A stretch of DNA of 64,000 bases from contig NZ_JAHESF010000007.1 of NCBI RefSeq assembly GCF_018598225.1, positions 68,554 to 132,553 on the forward strand, read 5' to 3'. This stretch comes from Chryseosolibacter histidini (GTDB lineage Bacteria > Bacteroidota > Bacteroidia > Cytophagales > Cyclobacteriaceae). Position 1 is the stretch's first letter. Every line of letters begins with the position of its first letter. Positions 26,884 through 35,801 of this stretch are shown here, one piece after another. Both the position numbers and the translations under genes were made by a program. Below the pieces are notes generated by a model. It had not been told where the DNA came from. It was given only the letters and a program-made list of their open reading frames with translations, and did no database searches.

Positions 26884-29363
26884 CCTGAACTGTAAAGATA
26901 TTCCTTTACCTGGGGCGTGAGCGTTCCATCGAGCTTGATGATGACGTCTTCCATCCAGGGCTGAAGGGGAAAAGCCTTCCCGTTTTTGAGCATCTCCTGC
27001 CATTCTTCATCCGTCAGCCGGTTGTTAAGCGGAACAGGAAACTCGTAGTAGCTGAACGTGGAGCCTTTTGTCACATACAGGTAACCTTCGATCTCCACCA
27101 CAACATAAAGGTCGTTGCCATATCCTACGGCAGCATGAAGAATACCGGGCTTGTTCGGTTGGTTGTTGGTATAAATATCTGCCACCACCGCGATCTCTCT
27201 ATCAGGACCGGAAATGTAATCCCAGCTCCAGGTGTCCATGATCGACAAGGTGATATTCTCCACAGTTGTTCCAATGATCTCGATGGTCCTGTATTCCTGT
27301 TCCAGCAATTTTTCACCCCGCAGCTCCTTTTCACTTATGCTCAGGAGGAACGCGCACAGGTCACGGAGCTGTGACTGGCGTCCATTGATCCGGTTATCGA
27401 GCAAGCCATGTTTTTCAAGCAGCTGGCTGGTGAGGGTCAGCAGCTCCATCGCGCTTTTCCAATAATTGGTATTGGGTTCCACATATCCCAGCACATAGGG
27501 CTCGGGTGGTGGCGAGCACTCTTCACCTCCACCACATTCAGCGGCCATCGGTTGCTCCGTATAAAGGATGGCATCGTGCTTCAGCTCTGCCCACGAGGCC
27601 AGCGCCGTGTTGAGATTTTTCTTTTTCCATGAAGGAAGCTGCATGAACGAAGGGTACCGTTTATCGGGCACCAGCAACTTGTTCAAACCATCGATCCATT
27701 TGGCATACACCGACTCATCCCAGCCCTCGTAGTTCTTGTATTTGGTTTTCATCTTCTCCAGCTGGGGAAGAAATTTATTCCACGACTTATCTTCCTTCAG
27801 GTCATTGACCAGTATCTCTTCCGAAGCCTGGCTCCCGAATGAGGCCAGCACATCAAGCCCTCTTGGGTAAGGGCGGGCATCGAGGTCGGTCATCTCCTGC
27901 AGGATCTCGCTGTCGAGCACAAACCGCGCCGGCATAAAATTGATCTTTTCCCGGCAGGTGTTTTCAATTTTGGGTTTGATCACGTTCTTCGATGCCGATA
28001 ATTCTGTTAAGGCAGTTCGCATGCTGGTAATGCTCTCAGGTTTAAGAAGGTCAGCGAGGGTGGTGATATTCCTGTCGCGCAACAGCGTGCAAAGATCCAG
28101 CAACGAAAGGTTATCAGGCTTGCCGATGAGGAAAGTAGTGGGCTCCAGAATGGCACTGTATAAATCGACAAGTGGCCTGCCTGTTCTCGACTTTCCCGTC
28201 TTCAGCACGAAGGCAGCAGTCAATGCGCGGCGAAGGTCTGCATCGTCTTCCATACAATACGCGCCGAGCTGTAGCCACTGCATAGAGCGGAAGTAACGTT
28301 TCAGGGTATCGGTGCGCGTATAATGCCCCCGCGGCTTGAACATATCATACGGAAATTCTGCTGTTGCATACGCTGCCAGCAAACCCGATGTGGCAGATTG
28401 TTCTTTTTCGATCCTATCGAGCTCGCCTTCAACTTTACTACTGTAGGGCGCAGTGATGGTCGGCTCTCCACCGAGTAACGCCAGGGGAACCGCATAAAAA
28501 GCCTGGGTATATTCCAGGTCTGCTTTTCGGCTTGCACTACTTTCATCATGTGCCAGCCGCTTGGTTACATCTTCTATCCCGTACAACAGCTCTCCAAGTA
28601 TGGGCACAAAACTGTTCTCTTCCAGTCCGCGCAGCATAAACGAAAAGTGCATGTGAAAGAGCTGAAGATAGAGGTCTGTGGAAACAAAGTTCTGCGTCTG
28701 GCTGTAATCATTCTGCTCATACGTATGAAAGAGCTGAACGTGTTGCGCCGGCACAATGGCAAACCCATTGCGGTCGAGTCCATTGAGCAATGGTGCGGGT
28801 AACCCTCCGAATTGCCAGGCATTGACGATGTTGCTGACGTTGGCATATTTCATTCCGTTGCGCACAATGTAATTCTGTGCACGTTTCTGCGCCTCCAGCT
28901 TGCTGATCTTCTCCATAAAGGCAGTTTCCTCCTGCGTGTAGGCGATGGGCGGTGCCTGCTTCAATCCACTGTACTCGCAGTCGCCATACCAACGGGCTTC
29001 CATCAATCTTCTGTACCAGGGCGTGCTATAAAAGTAGTAACGCAGATCAGCGTTCATAAAGAGGTAGCCCTTGCGTGCGGGAATGGTGTTCCGCAGGATG
29101 CGCAGCTCCTCAAGCGATTTTGTTGAGAGATCCTGGTTGAGGTCGAATGCAGGAAGCTGGCTCACCAGCGTTTCATAGGCAACAGTATCCCATGTGCGGT
29201 ATTCGTCATCCACAACAAAAGTTTCCTGACCGTCATTCGGGGCAGCTCCGGTAGTGCTGGCCTCCACGGACTTCTTTTCATCCGTTGAAGCTTTTGAACA
29301 GGCCATGAACAGGATCAGCGTTACCACAACGAAACGTGCAAAGAGGGATTGGAATGATGACAT
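26877..29363 (-). CDS. Large hypothetical lipoprotein (about 830 aa; possibly DUF3160-like)
   Basis: Lipobox (FMACSKAST), long ORF. Its stop overlaps the start of the CapA gene by 7 bp, suggesting an operon. I do not recognise a catalytic motif. Confidence 0.55.
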   Translation of the reverse strand: MSSFQSLFARFVVVTLILFMACSKASTDEKKSVEASTTGAAPNDGQETFVVDDEYRTWDTVAYETLVSQLPAFDLNQDLSTKSLEELRILRNTIPARKGYLFMNADLRYYFYSTPWYRRLMEARWYGDCEYSGLKQAPPIAYTQEETAFMEKISKLEAQKRAQNYIVRNGMKYANVSNIVNAWQFGGLPAPLLNGLDRNGFAIVPAQHVQLFHTYEQNDYSQTQNFVSTDLYLQLFHMHFSFMLRGLEENSFVPILGELLYGIEDVTKRLAHDESSASRKADLEYTQAFYAVPLALLGGEPTITAPYSSKVEGELDRIEKEQSATSGLLAAYATAEFPYDMFKPRGHYTRTDTLKRYFRSMQWLQLGAYCMEDDADLRRALTAAFVLKTGKSRTGRPLVDLYSAILEPTTFLIGKPDNLSLLDLCTLLRDRNITTLADLLKPESITSMRTALTELSASKNVIKPKIENTCREKINFMPARFVLDSEILQEMTDLDARPYPRGLDVLASFGSQASEEILVNDLKEDKSWNKFLPQLEKMKTKYKNYEGWDESVYAKWIDGLNKLLVPDKRYPSFMQLPSWKKKNLNTALASWAELKHDAILYTEQPMAAECGGGEECSPPPEPYVLGYVEPNTNYWKSAMELLTLTSQLLEKHGLLDNRINGRQSQLRDLCAFLLSISEKELRGEKLLEQEYRTIEIIGTTVENITLSIMDTWSWDYISGPDREIAVVADIYTNNQPNKPGILHAAVGYGNDLYVVVEIEGYLYVTKGSTFSYYEFPVPLNNRLTDEEWQEMLKNGKAFPLQPWMEDVIIKLDGTLTPQVKEYLYSSGC

Positions 29364-29401
29364 GCGTAAGCGGGGTTTATACAAAGGAAGCAAAGTGCGC
29401 G

Positions 29402-29941
29402 CTATTGATCAAGTAGGCTCCGCGCTTTATCCAGTGACAGCTCGCGGTGGAGATACTTCCGGAATGAAAGACCAAACCCGAACCACTCATACTCTGCGAT
29501 CAGGTAACGTTCACTCTTTTCCACCTCGATAGACCTCACCACATACCGTGAGCCACTTTTATAAAGCGAAAAGTCTTCCATCGGGTGACTGAGGGAAGAG
29601 CCCAGCCAAAGCGGAATGACAGACCGGTTGCGCACCTGAAATAAAAAAAGGCGTTTCCTGGCAACCGGGTCCCGTCGCGTGGGTTTGATCACACCCACAG
29701 CCAGGTCTTCTGTGCCATCGTTGTTCACATCACCTTTCACCATCTTAAAAACGGGATAACGCAACGGCCACGTGCTTGTGAGGCTGTCGTTAACGTAGCA
29801 TTGAAGGTAATTGACAGTGCCTTCGGAATGCAACGAGATCTTCATCGGTCCTTGTGGTGATTCGATGACGATGTCTTCAGTAGAATCTGGTCCACAGGCG
29901 AGCACCAAGGTTATAAACAGTATAATAACGGAGACACGCAT
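29402..29941 (-). CDS. Hypothetical lipoprotein
   Basis: Lipobox-like LVLACGP. 179 aa. Confidence 0.45.
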   Translation of the reverse strand: MRVSVIILFITLVLACGPDSTEDIVIESPQGPMKISLHSEGTVNYLQCYVNDSLTSTWPLRYPVFKMVKGDVNNDGTEDLAVGVIKPTRRDPVARKRLFLFQVRNRSVIPLWLGSSLSHPMEDFSLYKSGSRYVVRSIEVEKSERYLIAEYEWFGFGLSFRKYLHRELSLDKARSLLDQ

Positions 29942-29949
29942 GAAGTAAA

Positions 29950-30687
29950 TTACGCCATCGCAGAACGGAACTCAGTTCGCTCTGCCCAGGCTAGTTTGTC
30001 TGGCATTTCTTGCGAATTGAATTCCAGGTGGATCACGCGCCTGTGTTTCAGGCTTGTTGCTTTTGACGACGCATGAAGAAGCAGTGGCTTCATGATCTGG
30101 ATGCCACACGCCGGAACTTCACAGACATAAGGGATACTGTTTTGCGTGATGAGGGCAATCTCATCATCCGACAACTTTTTATTGTGCGAGCCAGGGATCA
30201 CTTTCAGGGCACCATTCGTCTCATCGGTATCGTCAAGGTGAATTCTCACGGTAACAGTATTTTTCAGGTATTCATCGGGAGGCACTACGCCATGCACACC
30301 GAACTTCTTCGTCCATCCCGTAAAACCGTTGATTTCAATTTTTTCGTTCACATTGATCACAATGTCCTGGTGCCAGGTAACATACCAGTTCGACTCCTGT
30401 GTTTTATCGAAGTAAATGGCTTTTGTAAGGAACAGGGCCGGATCGATGGTGTCCAGGATCTTCAGCAGATTGGAATTGAGGGCCAACGACTTCAATCCTG
30501 GTATTTCCTGCAAAAGGTTTCTGATGGCATAAGTGTCCTCCGATTTGGCTTCACAGTACGCCTGCAGCATGGACTTCATCTGGTCCAACTCATTCTGTGT
30601 AAAGATATGATGAAGGATGCAAAAACCCTTATCGGTCAAGTGTTGAATATTACTAAGGAGTGCAGTATTGTCCCTGTTAACAGTCAT
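29950..30687 (-). CDS. Phytanoyl-CoA dioxygenase (PhyH)-family Fe(II)/2-oxoglutarate oxygenase
   Basis: WHQDIV...IHLDDTDETNGALKVIPGSH facial-triad motif arrangement typical of PhyH. Confidence 0.7.
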   Translation of the reverse strand: MTVNRDNTALLSNIQHLTDKGFCILHHIFTQNELDQMKSMLQAYCEAKSEDTYAIRNLLQEIPGLKSLALNSNLLKILDTIDPALFLTKAIYFDKTQESNWYVTWHQDIVINVNEKIEINGFTGWTKKFGVHGVVPPDEYLKNTVTVRIHLDDTDETNGALKVIPGSHNKKLSDDEIALITQNSIPYVCEVPACGIQIMKPLLLHASSKATSLKHRRVIHLEFNSQEMPDKLAWAERTEFRSAMA

Positions 30688-30973
30688 GGAGAAAAATTTC
30701 TTAAAAAAACGTAAAAAAATTCACTACGCAAAAAGGCTGCGCAGTGAACCGGCAATTTTGAGGCGTGATTTATATGGAACTGATAAACAACGATTTTAAT
30801 AAGATATCATTCGCCAGTTGGCGGATCAAAGATCTTCCCTTACGACTATGTCGGAAAGGAAGCGCGGAAAAGACAACAAGCAAAGACCTGATGAGCGTTT
30901 CTGTATGGCGCCATAGTGTTGTATTGCAATGCGGTGCAACATGCTGCTTGGTTTGATGTTGTTTTCCATTAAT

Positions 30974-31118
30974 CTGCGGGTCGAAGGTTCGATTCCTTCC
31001 CGGTCGAGGCCGGTAGCTCAGTTTGGAAGAGCAGCAGGATGGGTCACGGGTTCGAATCCCGTTCACACTTCAAATGTGATAGCTCAGTTTGGTAGAGCAC
31101 ATGGCTTTTAACCATGAG
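30974..31118 (+). other. Mosaic of tRNA-derived fragments with no intact tRNA: a tRNA 3' piece, a chimeric tRNA-like module with acceptor end, D-arm and T-arm but no anticodon arm, and a 5' two-thirds of tRNA-Lys(TTT) lacking a T-arm
   Basis: 30974-31007 reads GGGTCGAAGGTTCGATTCCTTCCCGGTCGA (T-arm plus 3' acceptor). 31008-31070 reads GGCCGGTAGCTCAGTTTGGAAGAGC...ACGGGTTCGAATCCCGTTCACACTT (D-arm and T-arm only). 31073-31118 reads AATGTGATAGCTCAGTTTGGTAGAGCACATGGCTTTTAACCATGAG (D-arm plus anticodon arm with TTT anticodon, then no T-arm). Confidence 0.6.
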
Positions 31119-31450
31119 AATGAAGCTGACCGCTTCTAAAAAAGGTTACCTCTCGAAAGCAGTTCGGGGGCGCATCGGGCCTGCATGTGAAACATTCCTC
31201 GGGATGTTAGCCTGAAGGCCAGTTTGCTGAAAACCAGTATGTGTAAGGATACCGGATAGCAAGTCGGTTTGCTTTTCTGCATGCCAGCCTGTCTTCTTAA
31301 GGAGACCCTCTCCCCAGACAAGACAGGATAAGCGCAGAAAACCAAACTAAATGCAGCTGTCCTCAATTACACTTCCGTTTTCGGGAGATGATGTGTTTGT
31401 GAACTGCTTTCTTTTAAAATGACTTTATTAACGATTAATTTTTTTTTACA

Positions 31451-32551
31451 ATGAAAAGGATCAGGATCAACACCGGAAAAATTGGCTTGGTGTTCAGGAA
31501 TGGTAACTACAAGAACATGGTTACAGAAGGTGCGTATTGGTTATTCCCGAATGAGGATTCATTCGAGTACGATATGACAAAACCGTTCCATCCTTCCGTT
31601 GACCTGAACATCCTGTTGCGCGATGAGCAGCTGGCAAATATGCTGACGATCGTAGAAGTACGGGATAACGAAATTGTGCTGCAGTACGAAAACGGAAACT
31701 TTAAAACCGTACTGGCACCGGGAAGATACGCTTACTGGAAAGGCGTGACCGATTACACTTTCATCAAAGCAGACCTGAGCAAGATCGAGGTTACTGAAAA
31801 CATCGACAAGTATACGATCATGCGAAAAGAGGTATTGCCTTACGTCAGGGTGTTTACGGTGGAGTCTTTCGAAAAAGGTATCCTGCTGATCGATGGTAAA
31901 TTCTCCAAAGTGCTCGACACAGGCGTGTACTACTTCTGGAAAAACCCTGTCGTTGTCTCTGTGCTGAAAGCAGACCTGAGGCAACTGCAGCTCGAGGTTT
32001 CCGGACAGGAGATCCTGACGAAAGACAAAGCTGCCCTGCGGATCAACTTCTTCACCCAATACAAAGTGGTTGACATTATCAAAGCTTTGATCGACAACAA
32101 GGACTACGATAAACAACTGTATATCCTGATGCAGCTGGCGCTGCGGGAGTTCATCGGCACACTGTCGCTGGATGAATTGCTGGAGAAAAAAGAATCCATT
32201 TCCGCCTATGTGCTGGCCACGCTGAAAGATAAAGCTTACAACCTGGGTGTGGAGATCCGGGACTGCGGCGTCAGGGACATCATCCTGCCGGGTGAAGTGA
32301 AAGAGATCATGAACCAGGTGCTGGTGGCCCAGAAAAAAGCTGAAGCCAACGTGATCATGAGGCGTGAAGAAACGGCTTCCACCAGGAGCCTGCTGAACAC
32401 TGCCAAACTGATGGAAGAAAACTCCATGCTCTTCAAATTGAAAGAAATGGAGTACGTGGAGAAGATCGCCGACAAGATCAACAGTATCTCGTTATCAGGA
32501 GGTAACCAGGTTATTGATCAGCTGAAGGAGATCTTTGTTCCTAAAAAATGA
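31451..32551 (+). CDS. Cytoplasmic SPFH/band-7 (stomatin/slipin-like) protein with duplicated N-terminal beta-rich module
   Basis: C-terminal SPFH core LALREFIGTLSLDELLEKKESISAYVLATLKDKAYNLGVEIRDCGVRDIILPGEVKEIMNQVLVAQKKAEANVIMRRE. No TM helix. N-terminal region has two similar segments (GKIGLVFRNGNYKNMVTEGAYW / GILLIDGKFSKVLDTGVYYFW). Confidence 0.75.
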   Translation: MKRIRINTGKIGLVFRNGNYKNMVTEGAYWLFPNEDSFEYDMTKPFHPSVDLNILLRDEQLANMLTIVEVRDNEIVLQYENGNFKTVLAPGRYAYWKGVTDYTFIKADLSKIEVTENIDKYTIMRKEVLPYVRVFTVESFEKGILLIDGKFSKVLDTGVYYFWKNPVVVSVLKADLRQLQLEVSGQEILTKDKAALRINFFTQYKVVDIIKALIDNKDYDKQLYILMQLALREFIGTLSLDELLEKKESISAYVLATLKDKAYNLGVEIRDCGVRDIILPGEVKEIMNQVLVAQKKAEANVIMRREETASTRSLLNTAKLMEENSMLFKLKEMEYVEKIADKINSISLSGGNQVIDQLKEIFVPKK

Positions 32552-32812
32552 GCCACCCTCCTTCGCTACCCTCGCGTTGATGCCATCACAAGCTTCGGCG
32601 GGCAAGGGAGCCAGGAGGAGCACGTCCTGGGCATTTCCAGACGGTTCTTCGAGGCCTGGTTCTTTTGCCACACTAAGGGCACGAAAAAGACACAAAGGGA
32701 TTTCTCTTTGTGGTGCTTTTGTGGTCTTGGTGCCTTCGTGGCTTTAAAATTGTGTGCAAACAAGACAGTACACATATTGTTATAATTTGTGTTATTATAA
32801 AGAACAATTGAA

Positions 32813-34219
32813 ATGAACTTAACAGGTAACGATCTTAAAAATATAGGATTTGCGGAAGGTAAGGCGTTGGGATTGGCGCTTCAGATCATGGAGCAGCAAT
32901 ATCAGACGATGAGCACCGGGGATAAGCTGGTGCTGCTGAAAGGAGTTTTTGAAGATCCATCTGCTTATGTCAACGATGTAAAGCTTTCGGCATTGGCGCA
33001 TGAGTTGCTTAAACCGGGAGACGATACCATTCCATTGAATGTGGCTGGTAAACCTTATCAGATCTATGGCGCAGATGCCATTGAACAGGGTGCGTTGAGC
33101 CAGATGGAAACGGCCATGAAGCTGCCCGTGACGGTAGCCGGCGCTTTGATGCCGGACGCGCACCAGGGTTACGGCCTTCCTATCGGCGGGGTGCTTGCCA
33201 CACAAAATGCAGTGATCCCATATGGTGTCGGTGTCGATATCGGATGCCGGATGTGCATGACGGTATATAACCTGCCGGTGACAGCGCTCACTGAAAAGAA
33301 AGAGGAGTTTAAAAAGCTGCTCGTCAACAACACCAGGTTCGGTATGGCTACTTTCAACAAACCAAAAGATCACGAGATCTTTGAAAGAAAAGCGTTCAGC
33401 GAGCTTGGCATTGCCCGTGAAATGAAAGACCGCGCATGGCAGCAGATCGGATCATCAGGCGGTGGCAATCACTTTGTAGAGTTCGGTATTGTTGAGATCC
33501 TCGATCCGGTGAACGAATTTAACCTGGCGCCTGGACGTTACGTAGCGCTGCTCTCGCATTCAGGCTCCCGTGGACTGGGTGCCAACATTGCCCGTCATTA
33601 TACGAAGATCGCTATGGACACCTGCAAACTTCCGCAAGAAGCAAAACACCTTGCGTGGCTTGACCTCGATACCGAAGCGGGACAGGAGTACTGGCTTGCC
33701 ATGAACCTTGCCGGCGATTATGCCTCGGCCTGTCATCACCAGATCCATGAGCGGATGGCCATCGGGTTGCGTGAGACACCCCTCGCCATGATCGAGAACC
33801 ACCATAACTTTGCATGGAAGGAGAAAGATGCCGCAGGAAACGAGCTGATCGTTCACCGCAAAGGTGCAACACCCGCGGGAAAAGGTGTGCTCGGAATTAT
33901 TCCGGGATCGATGGCCACACCCGGCTTTATTGTCCGTGGCAAAGGACTTGCCGAGTCGATCAATTCTGCATCGCACGGCGCGGGCAGAACCATGTCGCGA
34001 ACGAAGGCCAAACAAACCATCCTGCAAGGTCATGTGAACAAGTTCCTGAAAGAAGCCGGAGTCGAGCTGATCGGCTCGGGTCTCGACGAAGCGCCCATGG
34101 CATACAAGGACATTCACCAGGTGATGGGTTACCAGCAATCACTCGTTGGAGTGCTCGGCTCGTTCATGCCAAAAATTGTGAGAATGTGTGGTGATGCGAA
34201 GTTCCAAGAGGTGGACTAA
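32813..34219 (+). CDS. rtcB: RtcB-family RNA 3'-phosphate/2',3'-cyclic-phosphate ligase (archaeo-eukaryotic type), paralog 1, with ~90 aa N-terminal extension
   Basis: MPDAHQGYGLPIGGV, GVDIGCRM, GGGNHFVEFG, NHHNFAWKE and HRKGATPA motifs. The metal-binding and GMP-His architecture is diagnostic of RtcB. Confidence 0.9.
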   Translation: MNLTGNDLKNIGFAEGKALGLALQIMEQQYQTMSTGDKLVLLKGVFEDPSAYVNDVKLSALAHELLKPGDDTIPLNVAGKPYQIYGADAIEQGALSQMETAMKLPVTVAGALMPDAHQGYGLPIGGVLATQNAVIPYGVGVDIGCRMCMTVYNLPVTALTEKKEEFKKLLVNNTRFGMATFNKPKDHEIFERKAFSELGIAREMKDRAWQQIGSSGGGNHFVEFGIVEILDPVNEFNLAPGRYVALLSHSGSRGLGANIARHYTKIAMDTCKLPQEAKHLAWLDLDTEAGQEYWLAMNLAGDYASACHHQIHERMAIGLRETPLAMIENHHNFAWKEKDAAGNELIVHRKGATPAGKGVLGIIPGSMATPGFIVRGKGLAESINSASHGAGRTMSRTKAKQTILQGHVNKFLKEAGVELIGSGLDEAPMAYKDIHQVMGYQQSLVGVLGSFMPKIVRMCGDAKFQEVD

Positions 34220-34248
34220 TGTCCAGGATTTTCAGGATGAAAGGATTT

Positions 34249-35463
34249 TCAGGATTTCCGGCTTTTTACCAGCATCCAAAAGAAAAATGAGAGCAAGATA
34301 AAAGCCGAAACGCTGTAGATACGAAAACGTACAAATGAAACCTCTGCGCCACGTGTTTTCATACCACTGTGACTCCATGCAATAAAGGCATCGGCCAGGG
34401 GTATCACGCCGAAGAAGTATTTTTTCGTATCTGCAGTTTGCCACGGAAAGGCCATGGCTTCAACAGTACCCCGTATGCTGGCACTCAGATCCTGCTCGCC
34501 ATACAATGATAAGGTCTGCATGCCTACAATGGTTGCGGCGCCACCAAAGCCAAAGATCACAGGACCGGAATCTATATCACCCATCCCTGATACACCTTTG
34601 GGGTACTCTCTAACGCCCGTAAGACCCAACCAGCTATCGATGAACTTCTCTTTAAAAAGTGCGAACTGCTCCCGGGCGAGTGGCGCATCGATCTCACGCA
34701 AAAAGATCAGCATCAGCGCCAGCGATGATCCTCTTGCAGGCTCGCGCGCGCGGCCATCGGCGGGAAGTACCGCGTGCGGGATCATTCCATCTGCGTCGAC
34801 ATGTTTTCTTACTTCCGTCACCCAATGATCAATCACGTCTTTGTATTGCGGCGTGAAAAGCTTATCGTGTAACGAAAGTGATGCAACGCACACCATAACA
34901 TCTGCAGGCCATGCGCTTCCATAATAGCTTACCGGATAAGTTCTTTGTTGAATCGCTTTCGCGATCGCAGCACATTGCTGTTTGAACTGATCCATTTCTT
35001 TTTTATCCCTGATGTCAGCATCTTCAATTTTCAGCTTTGAACCCAGCACATACGAGCTCCAGCCGTTGTAGAAAGATCCGTAGGGCAAAGAAAGTTCATC
35101 GTTGAAGGGCGCTCTGCCTGTTGGCGAATTAATTTTCAACAACGCTTTGTGCATCTCGGCCCGGCCTTCGCTCACGAAGCTGTTGTTAGCACGATGCTCT
35201 AAAAATGAAGACCATGTCAGGGCATATATGGCGTTAAAAAATACATACCCTTCCGGGAAAATATGTTGCATGTCAGTATCCGCGTGCTGATCTAATGCTT
35301 TCTTCAGTCCCCGTAATTCTTTGACAAGCGTTTGATCAACTTTATCATCACCACTTATTATTGATTCAGAAGTGTTGTTGATGTTCACATTCATTGTCAC
35401 CACTAGCGCCATGAGGACCATCAGCGGCAAAGCGATCATCAGTTTAAAAATTCCCTTCAGCAT
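34249..35463 (-). CDS. Hypothetical membrane-anchored protein (N-terminal signal anchor and C-terminal TM helix), opposite strand between the two rtcB genes
   Basis: 404 aa with hydrophobic N-terminus MIALPLMVLMALVVT and C-terminal AFILLSFFFWMLV. No recognisable catalytic motif. Confidence 0.5.
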   Translation of the reverse strand: MLKGIFKLMIALPLMVLMALVVTMNVNINNTSESIISGDDKVDQTLVKELRGLKKALDQHADTDMQHIFPEGYVFFNAIYALTWSSFLEHRANNSFVSEGRAEMHKALLKINSPTGRAPFNDELSLPYGSFYNGWSSYVLGSKLKIEDADIRDKKEMDQFKQQCAAIAKAIQQRTYPVSYYGSAWPADVMVCVASLSLHDKLFTPQYKDVIDHWVTEVRKHVDADGMIPHAVLPADGRAREPARGSSLALMLIFLREIDAPLAREQFALFKEKFIDSWLGLTGVREYPKGVSGMGDIDSGPVIFGFGGAATIVGMQTLSLYGEQDLSASIRGTVEAMAFPWQTADTKKYFFGVIPLADAFIAWSHSGMKTRGAEVSFVRFRIYSVSAFILLSFFFWMLVKSRKS

Positions 35464-35801
35464 GATCGTGGAAGATAATACTATTTAGAAAAATTCTAAC
35501 TTTTACAATTTTACTTCCTGGCGCATTGTGAATTGAATGCACCGACTTACTTTTGCATAAGCATTTCACCTCCTTGTCTTACTTAAACAGAGGAAGCAAT
35601 GTTGGTCCTGAGTTCACATATCACCCTTAAGCAGCGCTGGTAACAATACCAGATCCGATACTGCTTTATCCTTTTTCTAAAATTATTTACGAACAACCAA
35701 GCCACGCACAGGCTTCGGAATGATCATATGCTTCGCGATCCGGCGTTTGTCATGAGCATTCCTCAACGCAGCTTCTGATCGAAGCATGAGGTGCATGAAC
35801 T

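Noticed and set aside
30974-31118. Calling intact tRNA genes (for example tRNA-Lys) here
   Set aside because: Every candidate lacks one arm or has non-complementary acceptor ends when folded by hand. The 3' half of the Lys-like tRNA lies upstream of its 5' half. Reported as fragments or a tRNA-like module, not as tRNA genes.
31136-31366. 76-aa minus-strand ORF in the RtcB-locus leader
   Set aside because: No motif and an odd composition. It lies in a region with conspicuous inverted repeats, so it was treated as non-coding.
33560-34194. ORFs antisense or alternate-frame inside rtcB paralog 1 (192 aa, 126 aa)
   Set aside because: The sense-strand RtcB motifs are unambiguous. The antisense ORFs have no features.
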